A DNA stretch of 63,835 nt, filler included, from Folioceros fuciformis (GCA_049999805.1; 13 parts of 13 records of this genome joined end to end with filler, not necessarily neighbours in it); one strand, 5' to 3'. Numbered from the whole stretch's first letter, positions 51,251 to 63,460 are shown. Made by a program: numbers and translations. The notes: generated from the letters alone by a model not told the origin.

Positions 51251-52009
51251 GAAGTATTAGAACATATTAAGTAAATAACTACTTGGCAGTTATCTACCTT
51301 AGGTAGGTAGTCTCACATTTCTAGTATAGCGGTTAATAATTGAATGCCTTTGAGCTTTAATACACTCTTAGTCATAATACAATATACTATTCTCATACAT
51401 CCTTATGCTTTTCTTGTGCACACTTCCTGGCCTTCCCTGTTTAATCACCACCTAAGTGAAGATGCTCATGGTGGTGTACCCTTGCCTGCTTTTATGGTTG
51501 TAGAGCAAGATTTAAGCAACCAAGCCGGGCGCTCGTGCACCCAGGTTCCATGATTCAATCTGCTTACCAACAAAATGCCGCATCATAGATCTCAACCCTC
51601 TCCACCATGACCTGCTTGCAGATTTGCGCACCCTGCAGTAGTGTGCCAGCAACTCTGCGACGATTGCAGACTGGAACAGAGGCTAGAGTCTACATTATCA
51701 CCAAGGAGTTGATAGCAATTTGCATGTCAGTGTCCGAGCATTCCTACGCGATGTGTATTGACAGATCATGAACCACCTTCAAGGAAAAAAGAAAGTGCAC
51801 TCCGATAGATTGCAGATTTGCGAGCACGCACAAGAAGGCAAGACGAGCTCATTAATCAGCTAACCAACAGCACCAAGGATCTCCTTATGATCTGCAAGAG
51901 GCATTCTGTTATTGAAGCAATGCGCTCCACAATCAGCAGTTGTCGTCCCTCGGTGCCTTGCACCCTTCTAAAATTTCTCTCTTTTTGTTTATGTCACAAG
52001 GTTCAAGAT

Positions 52010-52673
52010 TAGATGATGATTTCGACATCTCTTTTCTCTTTTGCTAATGCTGCTACTTACTCTTATTGGGATTATTCCCCACCCAACCTTTTGAAGCTAG
52101 CAAGACAAGCAAATCTTCAGTTTGTCCTTAATAATCTCCTACCACAACCTGCAGTCATGATAGGAGGCAATCCACTAGTTATTCCTGTAGTACCTACACC
52201 CTTAAAGATAGAGTTCAAAGATAAGGACAAGTTTGAAGGATCGCTAGAGGAGCTGCATGGTGAAGGAGGAGAGGAGGAAGTAAGGAGGAGGAGAAGGAGA
52301 GGTCACACTCTCACGATGTCTCACATTGCAAGGGAGCTCAAGGGGGTATTTATACCCTTTAGAAAAGCTCCCTAGGAAGCTTCACTAAAAGTGCACAGGA
52401 AGCTACGCAAGAAGCTTCCTACAGATTAGCTTAAGCTAATCTAAATTAATGGTACTTACTAAATACTAATCTTAGACTAAACATATTAGTCTAAGCACAT
52501 TGGGCTTTACTAACCCTACAACCTCCCACTTAAAGGCCAATTTACCTTCATAGGAGAGTGGTCTACCTCATGCCCATGAGTGTCCGAGCTTGTGCGAATT
52601 GCTCTATAGAGAGCCCCTTAGTAAGATGTGAACCTCCAAAGTTTGGGGTAGTAGTTTGTTTTGGTTGAAAAAG
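52010..52673 (-). mobile_element. Copia 3' end: RNase H terminus, PPT and 3' LTR
   Basis: Minus-strand LTKGLSIEQFAQARTLMGMR*, then AAGTGGGAGGT (PPT) and TGTAGGG starting at 52520. LTR distal end approximate. Confidence 0.7.
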
Positions 52674-52773
52674 NNNNNNNNNNNNNNNNNNNNNNNNNNN
52701 NNNNNNNNNNNNNNNNNTTAATTAATTAANNNNNNNNNNNNNNNNNNNNNNNNNNNNNNNNNNNNNNNNNNNN

Positions 52774-54405
52774 GAAGCTCTTGTGGATGAACAGGTGGAG
52801 GTTGAAGGAAGGAAACTTCAGAAGTTCCTACCTTCGAGAGTGAAGGCCAAAGCGCTGGTTGCCTTCTACGAGGCGTTTGTCGAGCCCGAGTACATCAAAG
52901 ATGGCAAGATTCAGCTGGGTGCCACGGACGTCCCAGTGTTCGATAAGCATGCTGTGGTCGTGAAAAGCATCCGGCGCCGACCGGAAAAATGGCTTTGTCC
53001 GGTAAGTGCACTCCTTTTTTTTGCACTGTATGGATTTTTTTTGTGTCCCACCATCGTTGTTTGTGTAAACCTTTGCACAATCGTTCTGAGAGTTACCTGG
53101 TTGCACTAAGAACCGTGTTCATATTGATTTCAAGCCTTGATCGATTTGAAGACAGTTTACGGTCAGGCTGTCCCAAATGGGGCTTTGAAATTTCTGCCTG
53201 TCCTGTTGGATGGTTCAGATGACGAAACCTGGATGGACCTGGGGCACGTTGTAGATTGGCTTACCGGTAAAAAATAGTATACGGAGCGCCTGCTCGAAGA
53301 CGTCATAAGCAGGGAGGTTATGGAAAGGAAAGCGTTGAAGCAGAGGGAGAGGCTGCGGGAACAGTTCAGCACACTGGTCACCTTGTTCGTGAGGTATATG
53401 TTCCTGACGCAAGAGGAGAGGTTTTGGGATTGCGAGGACAAGGACAAAAAAATCGCCGCAAGAGTGAAGTAGGGGGATAGGGGGCTAGGACGGGGTCTCC
53501 TAATATGGAGCTTGCCCAGTCTGAAGCACATGTCGCACCTGCTGCCTCCACCATGTGACTTGCTGCCGGTGGTTGCGAAGCCTCCTATAGCAAGGAGCCA
53601 CCATCCTCCATTGCCTGCGTTGCATGTGCATTGAATCCGATTGCTCCCTTGCTCTGAATCCGATTCTTCAAGTCGGCCTTTCCTTGCAGCCTTGGCAGCT
53701 CTAAGCTGTGCGAGGTACTTCACTCTTGCGGCGGTTTTTTTGTCCTTGTCCTCGTAATCCCAAAACCTTTTTTCCCGCGTCAAGAATATATACCTCGTGA
53801 ATAAGGTGACCAATGTGGCCTCTCCCTCTGCTTCAACGCTTTCCTTTCCATAACCTCCCTACTTAGAACGTCTTTGAGTAGGCGCTCCATATGCTGTTTC
53901 TTACCGGTAAGCCAATCTACAACGTGCCCCAGGTCCATCTAGGTTTCGTCGTCTGAACCATCCAACAGGTCAGGTAGAAATTTCAAAGCCCCATTTGGGA
54001 CAGCCTGACCGTAAACTGTCTTGAAATCGATCAAGGCTTGAAATCAATATGAACACAGTTCTTAGTGCAACCGGGTAACTCTCTGAACGATTGCGCAAAG
54101 GTTTACACAAACAACGATGGTGTTACAACTTGGGACAAAAAAAAATCCATATAGTGTGAAAAAAGGAGTGCACTTACCAGACAAAGCCATTTTTCCGGTC
54201 GGCGCCAGATGCTTTTCAAGACCACAACATGCTTATCGAACACTGGGACGTCCATAGCACTCAGCTGAATCTTGCCATCTTTGACGTACTCGGGATCAAC
54301 AAACGCCTCGTAGAAGGCAACCAGCGCTTTGGCCTTCACTCTCGAAAGTAGGAACTTATGAAGTTTCCTTCCTTCAACCTCCACCTGTTCATCCACAAGA
54401 GCTTC
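52774..54405. repeat. Long imperfect inverted repeat (arms ~52774-53470 and ~53716-54405, ~245-bp spacer) of an intron-containing gene fragment
   Basis: Contig begins GAAGCTCTTGTGGATGAACAG and ends with its reverse complement. Mirror ORFs 52783(+) and 54396(-) give near-identical peptides. Confidence 0.95.
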
Positions 54406-54505
54406 NNNNNNNNNNNNNNNNNNNNNNNNNNNNNNNNNNNNNNNNNNNNTTAATTAATTAANNNNNNNNNNNNNNNNNNNNNNNNNNNNNNNNNNNNNNN
54501 NNNNN

Positions 54506-56853
54506 GAGCAGTATACTTCCTCTCTTTCCTTGATGAGTGGAGCCACTTTTGTACATTGTTTTTCCTCCAAGGTCAACATCAAGTATTCGCCAAGTTTCAG
54601 GAATTCGTTGCCATGGCTGAGACATTAACAGGCAAAACAGTCAAGAGACTACGTACAGACAATGCTAAGGAATACCTCAGTGCAGGATTTACAGAGTTCT
54701 GCAAGCAGAAAGGCATTATTCATCAGTTAACTGTGCCTTATCATCCTGCACAGAATCCCTATGTAGAAAGGTACAATCGTACTCTGCAGGAACGAACTCG
54801 AGCTACTTTAACTTTAGCTGGTCTTACCAGGGGCTACTGGGCTGAAGCAGTCGACTATGCCAATTACGTTGCCAATCGTCTACCTCTCAAGCCCCTTTAT
54901 GATACAACTCCTTATGAGTGCTGGACTGGTAATAAGCCACGAATTAGCCATCTTCGAACATTTGGGGCTATGGCATATGCCTATGTCCTAGCAGATTGAC
55001 GGTATAAAATGGACAACAGGGCATCTAAGCATGTATTTGTTGGATACTCAGACACTATCAAAGGCTACAAGTTATTCAACCCTCTCACTAGGGTACTGTC
55101 TATTGCCCGCAGTGTCAGTTTTAATGAGACTTACATTCTGAAGTCACATTATCTCACCAGCACTTCTCATGCTCCAATTCCTACAGCTTCAGTATATGGG
55201 CATACGCCCTCCGAGTTTTTCTCTGACTAGACTGTACAAGACGAGCCTGAAGTCTCAGCATATGAAGATGACCCAGATACATTTGATCAAGATGACTCAT
55301 TTTCTACCTATGAATTTTCAGACTTAGCTGAATCATTACCTCAGCAACAAATCCCGCCTGAGGTACTGGAGCTGCGTGATCGGCCAAGTTCGCCTTGTCA
55401 GGACTCTACCCCAAATGGGACTGACCTCTCTGAACAGTGAGTTCAGCCTTTAGTACCAATACCAGCACCAGGTGAAAACTTACCTCTTCGTAGGTCTTTG
55501 CATTCACACAGACCCCGATCTGCTTGGCTTGCCCCTCCATATGAACTAGGTGGCTCGTTTGTCTCTCATTTCGAGTCACAGTCCACAACATCCGATACTG
55601 TTCATATCAGCTTAGCCCATATGGCTCACCATGTAGCCATGACAATCATGGATCCTCCTGACACCACTCACGTATAAGGAGGCACTTAATTCTCCTGAAA
55701 AACAGGCCTGGCAGGAAGCGATTGACAGTGAGTACAAGTCTTTAATTGACAATCATACATGGAAGCTTGTCAACTTGCCAGCAGGTCGGAAAGCAATCAC
55801 CAATAAATGGGTTTTTAAGCTAAAGCTTAATCCAGATGGATCAGTTTCACACTACAAGGCCTGCCTTGTGCCTTGAGGCTATATGCAGGTACATGGTCTC
55901 GACTATCATGAGACATTTAGCCCTGTTGTAAAACCTACTTCCATGCGAATTTTATTATGTTACGCTATTTAGCATGGTTTCCTAGTGCATCAAATGGATG
56001 TCAAAACGGCTTTCCTAAATGGACCTTTAGAGGACACTATCTACATGCAGCAACCAGAGGGGTATGTGGAGGACCCTGACTTGGTTTGTGAGCTGCTTAA
56101 GTCAATTTACGGGCTCAAGCAGTCAGCTCAGATTTGGAATGGTAGAGCTGATACAAAGCTGCGAACACTTGGTTTTGAACCTCTCGCAGCAAATTGCAAT
56201 GTTTATGTCTTGCGTAAAGACAACCAATTGTGCATCATCGCACTATATGTAGACAACAACTTCTTATTTGCTAGCAACATAAATATCCTTACCTATATCA
56301 AGGAACAACTCTCTTCAGAATGGGACATGACGGATGTGGGCCCCCTGCGGTTTGCACTTGGAATACAATTCTTCTTCGACCCCACAACTGGCTCTGTTAC
56401 ATTACACCAAGAACACTTTGTCCGCTAGCTCCTAACCGCTTATAATTTGCAGGATTTGAAGCTTGTGTCAACTCCAATGGCAGCAGGTGAGAAGCTAACC
56501 TTGGCAGATTGTCCAGTAAGTGAATCCCACAAGGCTGAGATGGCCACTGTACCTTACCGAGAGGTTGTTGGCAGCCTCCTATACCTAGCAGGCTGGACAA
56601 GGCCGGCCATCTCATAAGCAATAGGAGTAGTTTCACGTTTCCTTTCCAACCCAGGCAAGAAGCATTGGATGGCCGTCAAGCGAATACTACGCTATTTACA
56701 GGGCACTCGATACTTATGCCTCAAATATACCAGAACCTCAGTTTTTGATCTAACTTGTTATTCAAATGGTGATTGGGCTGGTGATGTCGACAACCGGAAG
56801 TCAATCGCCGCCTATTGCACCCTCTTATGTGGCTCTGCGATCAGCTGGCAAAG
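54506..56853 (+). mobile_element. Degenerate Ty1/copia integrase-RT-RNase H
   Basis: LRTDNAKEY, PAQNPYVERYNR, HQMDVKTAFLNG, ALYVDN, AVKRILRYLQGT and DWAGDVDNRKS; many stops. Confidence 0.93.
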
Positions 56854-56953
56854 NNNNNNNNNNNNNNNNNNNNNNNNNNNNNNNNNNNNNNNNNNNNTTA
56901 ATTAATTAANNNNNNNNNNNNNNNNNNNNNNNNNNNNNNNNNNNNNNNNNNNN

Positions 56954-57000
56954 CTTCCTTCCTTCCTTCCTTCCTTCCTTCCTTCCTTCCTTCCTTCCTT
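56954..57000. repeat. (CTTC)n microsatellite
   Basis: Perfect tetranucleotide run at the contig start. Confidence 0.95.
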
Positions 57001-58320
57001 TGGCTACTGGAGTCCTTTGACACAAGTTTCAGTGCCCACCACCGGCCTCACAGCCTCCAGCCGGAACCCCACTCCCTGTTCTTGTGCTTTCCACTCTTGC
57101 TGCTGCCTGCCCCTTTTTGGTCCAAGTCGCATTAAAGCCCGGGGGGGGGGGCGCCGGCACACCATGCTCCCATGGCTTCTTCAGTAGCTTCTTCAGCGAC
57201 GTGTTGGAGATAAGGTGCGAAATGCAGGGCGAGCAGAGGGCATGACGTAGCCCACAATGCCATTGGCATGAGCATATGGGCATGTGGGCATCTGGCATTG
57301 CCACTACCCGGAATGGTGCCGTATCCGGGCTGTGCGCGGGTCCCGGGTAGGGACCGGGCACTCGCGCTCAATACTGACATGCTATTCCAGGCAAGTGCTG
57401 GCAGCTAAAAACGGCAGTGATCTTGCTTGTCCCGTAATCGGAGCGGGATAATAATATCGCGTGCGCGGGTCCAACGCCGTTCCCCGCGACTGTTACCAGG
57501 ACACAACAACAGCTACAGTAACAACACCTACAGTGCAGTACATACGTATGTCCAGTAGTAGTACGCATGTACAAGCTGCGATACCAACCAGCCTGCGATT
57601 CTCTGTGTCCTCTGCCTCTGCCTCCGCCTCCGCCTCCGCCTGCGCCCCCGCTCCGCGTCGGCATCACCGCGCGGAGTCGTCCAGTCTAATGCCTCGACCA
57701 TGACAATGATTAGTGCACACTCGGATCCGCACGTCACGCTCGCCACGTCGTCGCTACCTGGCCAGCCTCTCATCCGACGCTGCCAGGCCGGCCACACCTG
57801 CTTTCAGGGCCCATTCTCTCTCTCCCATGTCCCATGTCCATGTCCATGTCCATGGGTCCAGGCCAGGCAATGGCATGGCACTGGAGAATTGGGATGGCCA
57901 TGCGGCCGCGTGCGCTGCACGCGATGCCCACACTGCCACGTCACCGACACCAGCGCTGTGTCACCACATAGGCTACAGTATGTACTTTGTGTACCAGTGC
58001 AGCCGGGGCCGCCAGGCCATCATGCTGGCCCGTGGAAGCCCCCAAAATTCTGCCCCTAATAAGCACATCTGGCCATGATGGAAGCGCCCCCCTAGGTACA
58101 CCACTGCAGCCTGCACTGTAGGCAGCACCACGGCAGAGATCGCGGGCGCCAGGTCACGTGCCCCATCACATGGCCCGCAGCCCTGCCCGGGCTCTCCCGA
58201 GCCACCAGTTTCTTCCCCACCGGATACGACAACCGCTCCTGACCTCACACATCCTCCCATGTCTCTAACGATATTCGGGGGAAGATTGCCGGTTCCCTAC
58301 CGGATAAAAGGGCAGGGATG

Positions 58321-58405
58321 TGGGGTGAGAGAGGCTCGAACTCTCGACCTCAGGATTTCTCTGGAGCTATGAGACCTACGCGCTAGCCAACTGCGCCACC
58401 ACCCC
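58321..58405 (-). tRNA. trnM-CAT: Elongator tRNA-Met(CAT) with 11-nt intron (58357-58367)
   Basis: Reverse complement GGGGTGGTGGCGCAGTTGGCTAGCGCGTAGGTCTCATA[GCTCCAGAGAA]ATCCTGAGGTCGAGAGTTCGAGCCTCTCTCACCCCA is the canonical plant cytosolic tRNA-Met(e). Upstream CAA and downstream TTTT are present. Confidence 0.96.
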
Positions 58406-58680
58406 GAGTTGCCCACTCAAGTTGTCTTAACACAAATAAATCAAAATTTTGTTTCAAAATGTCTGAGAGTTACTCAATGTTTGTGAGTGAAATTACAGAG
58501 CCCTTCAATTGGTAAAATAAATTTGTTTAGAGATCCCGAGGGGAGCAAAATACGGCGATCACTCCGGCTTCAACGTCAACTCTCTTCGCACGGCGAGGAA
58601 CAGACCATGGCAGAAGCAGCAGCGAGGATCCCCAAGCCAGCCAGCCAGCCAGCCAGCCAGCGAGCCAGCGCTTTCAACAA

Positions 58681-59817
58681 TCAGCTGCCTTGGGGCAAGG
58701 GCGTGGTCAAGTAAGGGTCGTCCTTGTACTCAGAGAAAGGGGTTAACTCCAGGGCTTCCTCTGCGATGCGGGCGTCCTCATGGATGCGAGCCACCAGGGC
58801 TTCCAAGGACGGGAAGTCGGATTCCGCGCGGATGTAGCCCACCACCACCAGCCGCAGCTCCTGCCCGTAGAAGTCCTCGGGGAACTGGTGCAGCAGCCAC
58901 GGCTCCACCGTCTTCTCCGAGTTGTCGAAGAAGGGGTTCCAGCCCACGCTCACTACCATCTTGTGCACCCCGGACCCCGCCAGGCCGGCCCAGCCGAGGT
59001 AGATGCCGCAAACATGTGTGGCCAGTGTGCCGGAGAAGGCCGAGGTGGCCAGATTGGCAGTCGGGATGCCCAGCATCTTGGACCCCCGCCCGAACCCCCT
59101 CACCACGGGACCACCTACATACCACGGCTCCACCGGCAGCGCGCAGGACACACGGTCCTGGAACGCCGGCAACCCCCACCGCTCCAGCTCCAAATCCAGC
59201 AGCGATCCCAGCACCTCGTCCGCGCCTGCGTACAGCTGCCTGGCACACTTCCCCCGCATAGACGGTACAGCCACCACCGCCATTCCCGCGGCCTTCCCTG
59301 CAGCCACGCCCGCCGGGGCATCCTCGATCACCAAGCACCTGCCCGATTCACACCCCACCTTCCGCGCCGTCTCCAGGAAGATGTCCGGCCAGGGTTTACC
59401 CAGCTCCACCTCGTCCCCGGCCACGGTGGTGGCCATAGCCTCCGCCCATCCCTCCTGGCTGCCCACCTTCAGGTCCAGGTATCTGCGGGGCGAGCTGGAC
59501 GCCACAGCCATCGTCACCCCGTGCCTCGCCAGATGACGAATGAGCCTGGTCGCCCCGGGAAGAGGCCGCACCGACGGCCATCTCTCCAGCAGCATCTCCC
59601 CGGTGCGCGCGAACACATACTCGGCTGTGCACGGCAGCTCGTAGTCGGCGATCAGCGCTGCCGCTGCCTCCAGCGGCCGCTTGCCCAGCCGCTTCTCCGC
59701 TCCCCTGCCATCCCACACTTTGCCGTACTCCTCCCGCACCAGGATCTCCGACACCTCCTCCACCACCCTTTCTGTGTCCAACAACGTGCCGTCCAGGTCC
59801 AGTATCACCGCCAACAT
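58681..59817 (-). CDS. FHY: Bifunctional FMN hydrolase (HAD) / riboflavin kinase, intronless
   Basis: VILDLDGTLLDTE, GKPWPDIFL and CLVIEDAPAG (HAD); GPVVRGFGRGSKMLGIPTANL, SVGWNPFFDN and EPWLLH (riboflavin kinase). Confidence 0.95.
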   Translation of the reverse strand: MLAVILDLDGTLLDTERVVEEVSEILVREEYGKVWDGRGAEKRLGKRPLEAAAALIADYELPCTAEYVFARTGEMLLERWPSVRPLPGATRLIRHLARHGVTMAVASSSPRRYLDLKVGSQEGWAEAMATTVAGDEVELGKPWPDIFLETARKVGCESGRCLVIEDAPAGVAAGKAAGMAVVAVPSMRGKCARQLYAGADEVLGSLLDLELERWGLPAFQDRVSCALPVEPWYVGGPVVRGFGRGSKMLGIPTANLATSAFSGTLATHVCGIYLGWAGLAGSGVHKMVVSVGWNPFFDNSEKTVEPWLLHQFPEDFYGQELRLVVVGYIRAESDFPSLEALVARIHEDARIAEEALELTPFSEYKDDPYLTTPLPQGS

Positions 59818-60013
59818 CGATCCGGCGTCCGTACCGGCCGCGGAAAAAAAAAAAAAAAATGCCGCACCGTTTTGCCTCCTCTCGCTTCCTTACTTATCTA
59901 CCCGCTCCCAATTCGGCTTCCACTTCCACACGTAGCTCATCAACTCAAAGTTTGCAGTCTAATCCGAACAATAATGAACCCATTACCAATGTGGCTTGGT
60001 TTATGTGCCTAGC

Positions 60014-60528
60014 TAGGCACAATTGACGCGAAGGAGCTCCAGATTGCACTGAGGTAACAAGGCCAAGTAGGCGCGGGCATGCTACGGAAGGGAGATGAGT
60101 GAAAGCGCACTTCTAACCGCTGAGCTGATGATTCAGCTTGGAGTCGTTCATTTTACGGTCCTTGAAGTGCACAGGACAGGAGATCTCAATCATGCTTGCA
60201 GGCATCGATAAGGACAAGGTTTCACGATCCACGTTGAAGGATGTCTGCCTCGATGACTCAAAAAATGGGGGAGCGTGATTCCAAGGAGGAGATCATGAAG
60301 GAAGTCCGTGTGTTGCCCGATGACGACGAGACTGTAGGTTCAGTTTCATCTAGTAGCATGCTCTCGAGTCGTACCGTTCTATCCAGATGCGATGACATCA
60401 CGCCTGCCGATCAGGCAAAGATCACCTTCGAAAACCTCCAGAGAGTCGCGAAGGAGCTGGGGGAGAACGTGACGGATGAGGAGTTGCAGCAGGAGATGAT
60501 AGACGAGGCTGACCGTGATGGTTGGTGA
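60014..60528 (+). pseudogene. Centrin/caltractin fragment with introns, degenerate
   Basis: [29 protein letters not shown] and [37 protein letters not shown]-terminus and last EF-hand missing; indels present. Confidence 0.85.
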
Positions 60529-60547
60529 CCACCTTCTTGCGTCCTTG

Positions 60548-60650
60548 CGACTTGCGTTACGATCGCAAGACCTCCCCTGGGTTACAGTCGACCTGTGTTA
60601 CGATCGCAAAACTTCTTCCGTGTCACAGTCGACTTTGTGTTACGATCGCA
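60548..60650. repeat. ~41-bp period tandem repeat x3 (CGAC..TGYGTTACGATCGCA core)
   Basis: Core at 60548, 60589 and 60630. Confidence 0.8.
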
Positions 60651-60770
60651 CGCCTTCCTCTGCGCAGGACATCTTCTCTTCTTGCGCGCCGGCATGTTGA
60701 ACCACGTCCTCACGTAGTTTTGGCAGTCCTCCTTGGACTGGCCAGTTGGCACGACGTTGTTGTGCTTCAT
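60650..60770 (-). pseudogene. RPL13: Second eL13 N-terminal fragment
   Basis: [40 protein letters not shown]. Confidence 0.87.
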
Positions 60771-61426
60771 CTTCCCCCGCCCGAGCTCTCACTTCCTTGC
60801 AATCCGAGAAGAGCATTTCGGGAAGGCCTCCTTCCCTTTATAGGTAGGCTCCTTTCCCCTTCGTACATAGTTGCCCTAACCTGGCCTGACCCAACTCGGT
60901 AACCAAAGTTAGGAACTAATTCAGTGTGTTAAACTAACCCGAGGTGGCGATGACAGGAGGAGCTGTGAGATGCGCGAGACACGATGAAGGTGGGGACTAT
61001 ACGGGTTGCGGCGGCCTCCGTCTAGCGCAGTCCGCACTGCCCCAGTCTCTGGCGATGGAGAAGGCTTGAGCAGCCGAACGGGAAATGTTTCAAGCCCTGG
61101 CTATAGCAGTCAGGTGCAGGGGCGGGAGGGGCTTGTTGGGATTGCCATCGAGTTGTTTTCCATGCATCTAGAGGGCGGGGCGATGAGGCGAGGAGTGGCT
61201 TGCTTCTCGAGCTACTTGGGTCGGCCCACGTACCCAAGCATGGTGGAGAAAATGACGGATCCCTGCATGACGCTGCACCAGGCGTGGGCGTCGTTGCTCA
61301 CACATGGGATGAAGAGTATTCAGTAGNNNNNNNNNNNNNNNNNNNNNNNNNNNNNNNNNNNNNNNNNNNNTTAATTAATTAANNNNNNNNNNNNNNNNNN
61401 NNNNNNNNNNNNNNNNNNNNNNNNNN

Positions 61427-63460
61427 AGATCATCCCTTTCCCTCAGACCCCCTTCGCCTTCAGGCCCCTTCCTCCATTCTATTGGCCAAGACCCCTGACC
61501 CGGCAAAACTACCCCTGCACTGCACGTTGCCCAAAGCCATAGTTGAAGACGCTCCTCTCTGATTGCACACGTCGCTGCCATGGCCCGAATTCTTCCTTGG
61601 GCGCCAGTCCCCGATTCGCACTGCCCAATTCAACACCCCTCCACAGTGCCATCAGAGCCTGCCTTTGGACCTGGCCGTCCCCGAGCGCCTGTGCCTACCT
61701 GGATTCGCCTGCAACCACCCCTGCTAGCGGATCAACCCAGCCCCCCTGCCTGCTCTGCCGACCTCCTGCTTTCCGGAATTCGTCAGCCTCCAGCCTGCTC
61801 GCCAGGTCGATCAGCGCCTGGATATGCCAGCCCGGTCTCCAACGATCATCTCCTCGTAACAGACTCCCTTGTTAACCAGCCGGGCCGTCCTGGAAGGCTG
61901 AACTCGGCACCGCCCTATGGGCCTCTAGATGCATCCAGCCAACCAGCCCCAGGCGCTCTGCCCCCATATCAGCTAGCCATCCTGCTACGTCCCGATCTAC
62001 CTCTGTAGCTGGCTAGCGGCCGCCTAGCCTGAACCTCACTTGCCAGCCAGCATTGCAAGCACAACCTGGATCAACCCGAGGCTTGCTTGGCCAACTTGGG
62101 TCATCCCAGCTGCCTACTTGGACTCCAACAGCCGGACATGTTTGGATTTTGCTCTGCCTGACCACCTTCAGCTGCAGCTAGGTCGGCCCCAGCCCAATCC
62201 GCTAGTCCTCCCAGGCCTGACCATCCTGGATCCACGTGCAGCTAGTCCTGGCTACTTGCTTGCAGCCGAGTTTCTGCGCTGCTGGGGCCCCTGCCCACCC
62301 TCAGCAGCCAGGCTGCTCGCCAGCCCCTGCAAGCCGCCTGCCTACCGCCTGCTTCCGGATCCGGCTAGCTGGCCACACGACACCCTCCTAGCTGCTTAGC
62401 CCAGGCCGCCTGTCCACCGCGATCCAGGCCAGCCTGCCTGGATCTTGCCATCCTGCATTGCCAACCCCTGCTCGGGATCCTGCAGCCAGGCCACCGCCCG
62501 GCTTCCAAATTCGGCCCCGACTGCCTGCTCTGCCGACCTCCTGGATTTGGCAGCCTCACCTGGTTGCCTAGCCGAGCTAGGCTACCTGCTCCTTACGAGC
62601 TCCTGCTGGGCAGCCCAGATCTAGCCATCTGCAGCCGCTGCAGCCCTCTGACTGGCCTAGCCTCGACTAGCCGACCGGCCCTGCTAGCCGACAGCTGCTG
62701 GCCCGGTCATCCTCCAGGCCGCCTGCCTCCAACTCCGACCTGCCCAACTGCCCAGCCAGGCTACCCGCTCTCCGCTTAGTCGGGCTAGGTCCATTCCTAC
62801 TGCCTGCTGCCTAGCCGGCCTGCCAACCTCCAGATCCAGCCCCAGCTACCTGCAAGCCAGCGACTGCCTGGCTAAAACAACTGGCTAGGCCGCTACCTGG
62901 CTTCGGGATCCCCCAGCCAGCCTGCTGGTTTTGTTTGCCGGCCAGCAGGTCTTCCACTCGGCTGCTGCTGGCCCGGCCAACCCGCCGCCGTCTCGGGCTG
63001 GCTGCTTCTTGCCTAGCTAGCCGATGTCTAGTCCCTCCTAGACCAGCCAGCCCGTCTGCTAGCTGGCTAGATTCGGCTGCCTTGCCACCACAACCTAGCC
63101 TGCTTGGAGCCGCCCTACGGTAACCCGGCCTGTTGAATCAGGCGAAGCAGGCGGTAGGCAGGCGAGGGTCCCTGCTTCGCCAGACAAGGGCTGCTTCGCC
63201 TGCAGGGGAGGGCCCCTGCAGCGGCAGGCGAGGGCCCCTGCTTCGCCAGCCCCTGCTACCGCCTGCCTACCGCCTGCCTCGTCAAATCCATTCCAGCAGC
63301 AGGCCAACCCGCCTTCCAGCTAGACCCTCAGCTGGCCTAAGGCCAGAGCAGGCCTAGGCACCCTACCTCCCTGCCTACGCCCAACCGCCTTCCGCACGCT
63401 CCCGAGGCCCCAGCTCACCCTCACACGCCCGACTTAGGGTCCCACGCACGCTGGCATCCC
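61427..63460. repeat. GC-rich, C-skewed low-complexity region (GCCTGC/GCTAGC/CCAGCC motifs), probably an LTR-element internal leader
   Basis: Dense short motifs, no credible ORF, and upstream of a copia gag fragment. Confidence 0.5.

Noticed and set aside
57029-58260. Possible minus-strand gene between the microsatellite and the tRNA
   Set aside because: GC-rich short ORFs with no motif I can recognise; cannot be supported without a search.
58780-60012. 410-aa plus-strand ORF
   Set aside because: Antisense shadow of the GC-rich FHY CDS with no recognisable domain.
60548-60650. Repeat-spacer-like pattern
   Set aside because: Only three units, and the intervening segments are homologous to each other, so this is a degenerate tandem repeat.
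61427-63357. Pro/Ala/Leu-rich ORFs
   Set aside because: A by-product of C-rich low-complexity sequence.
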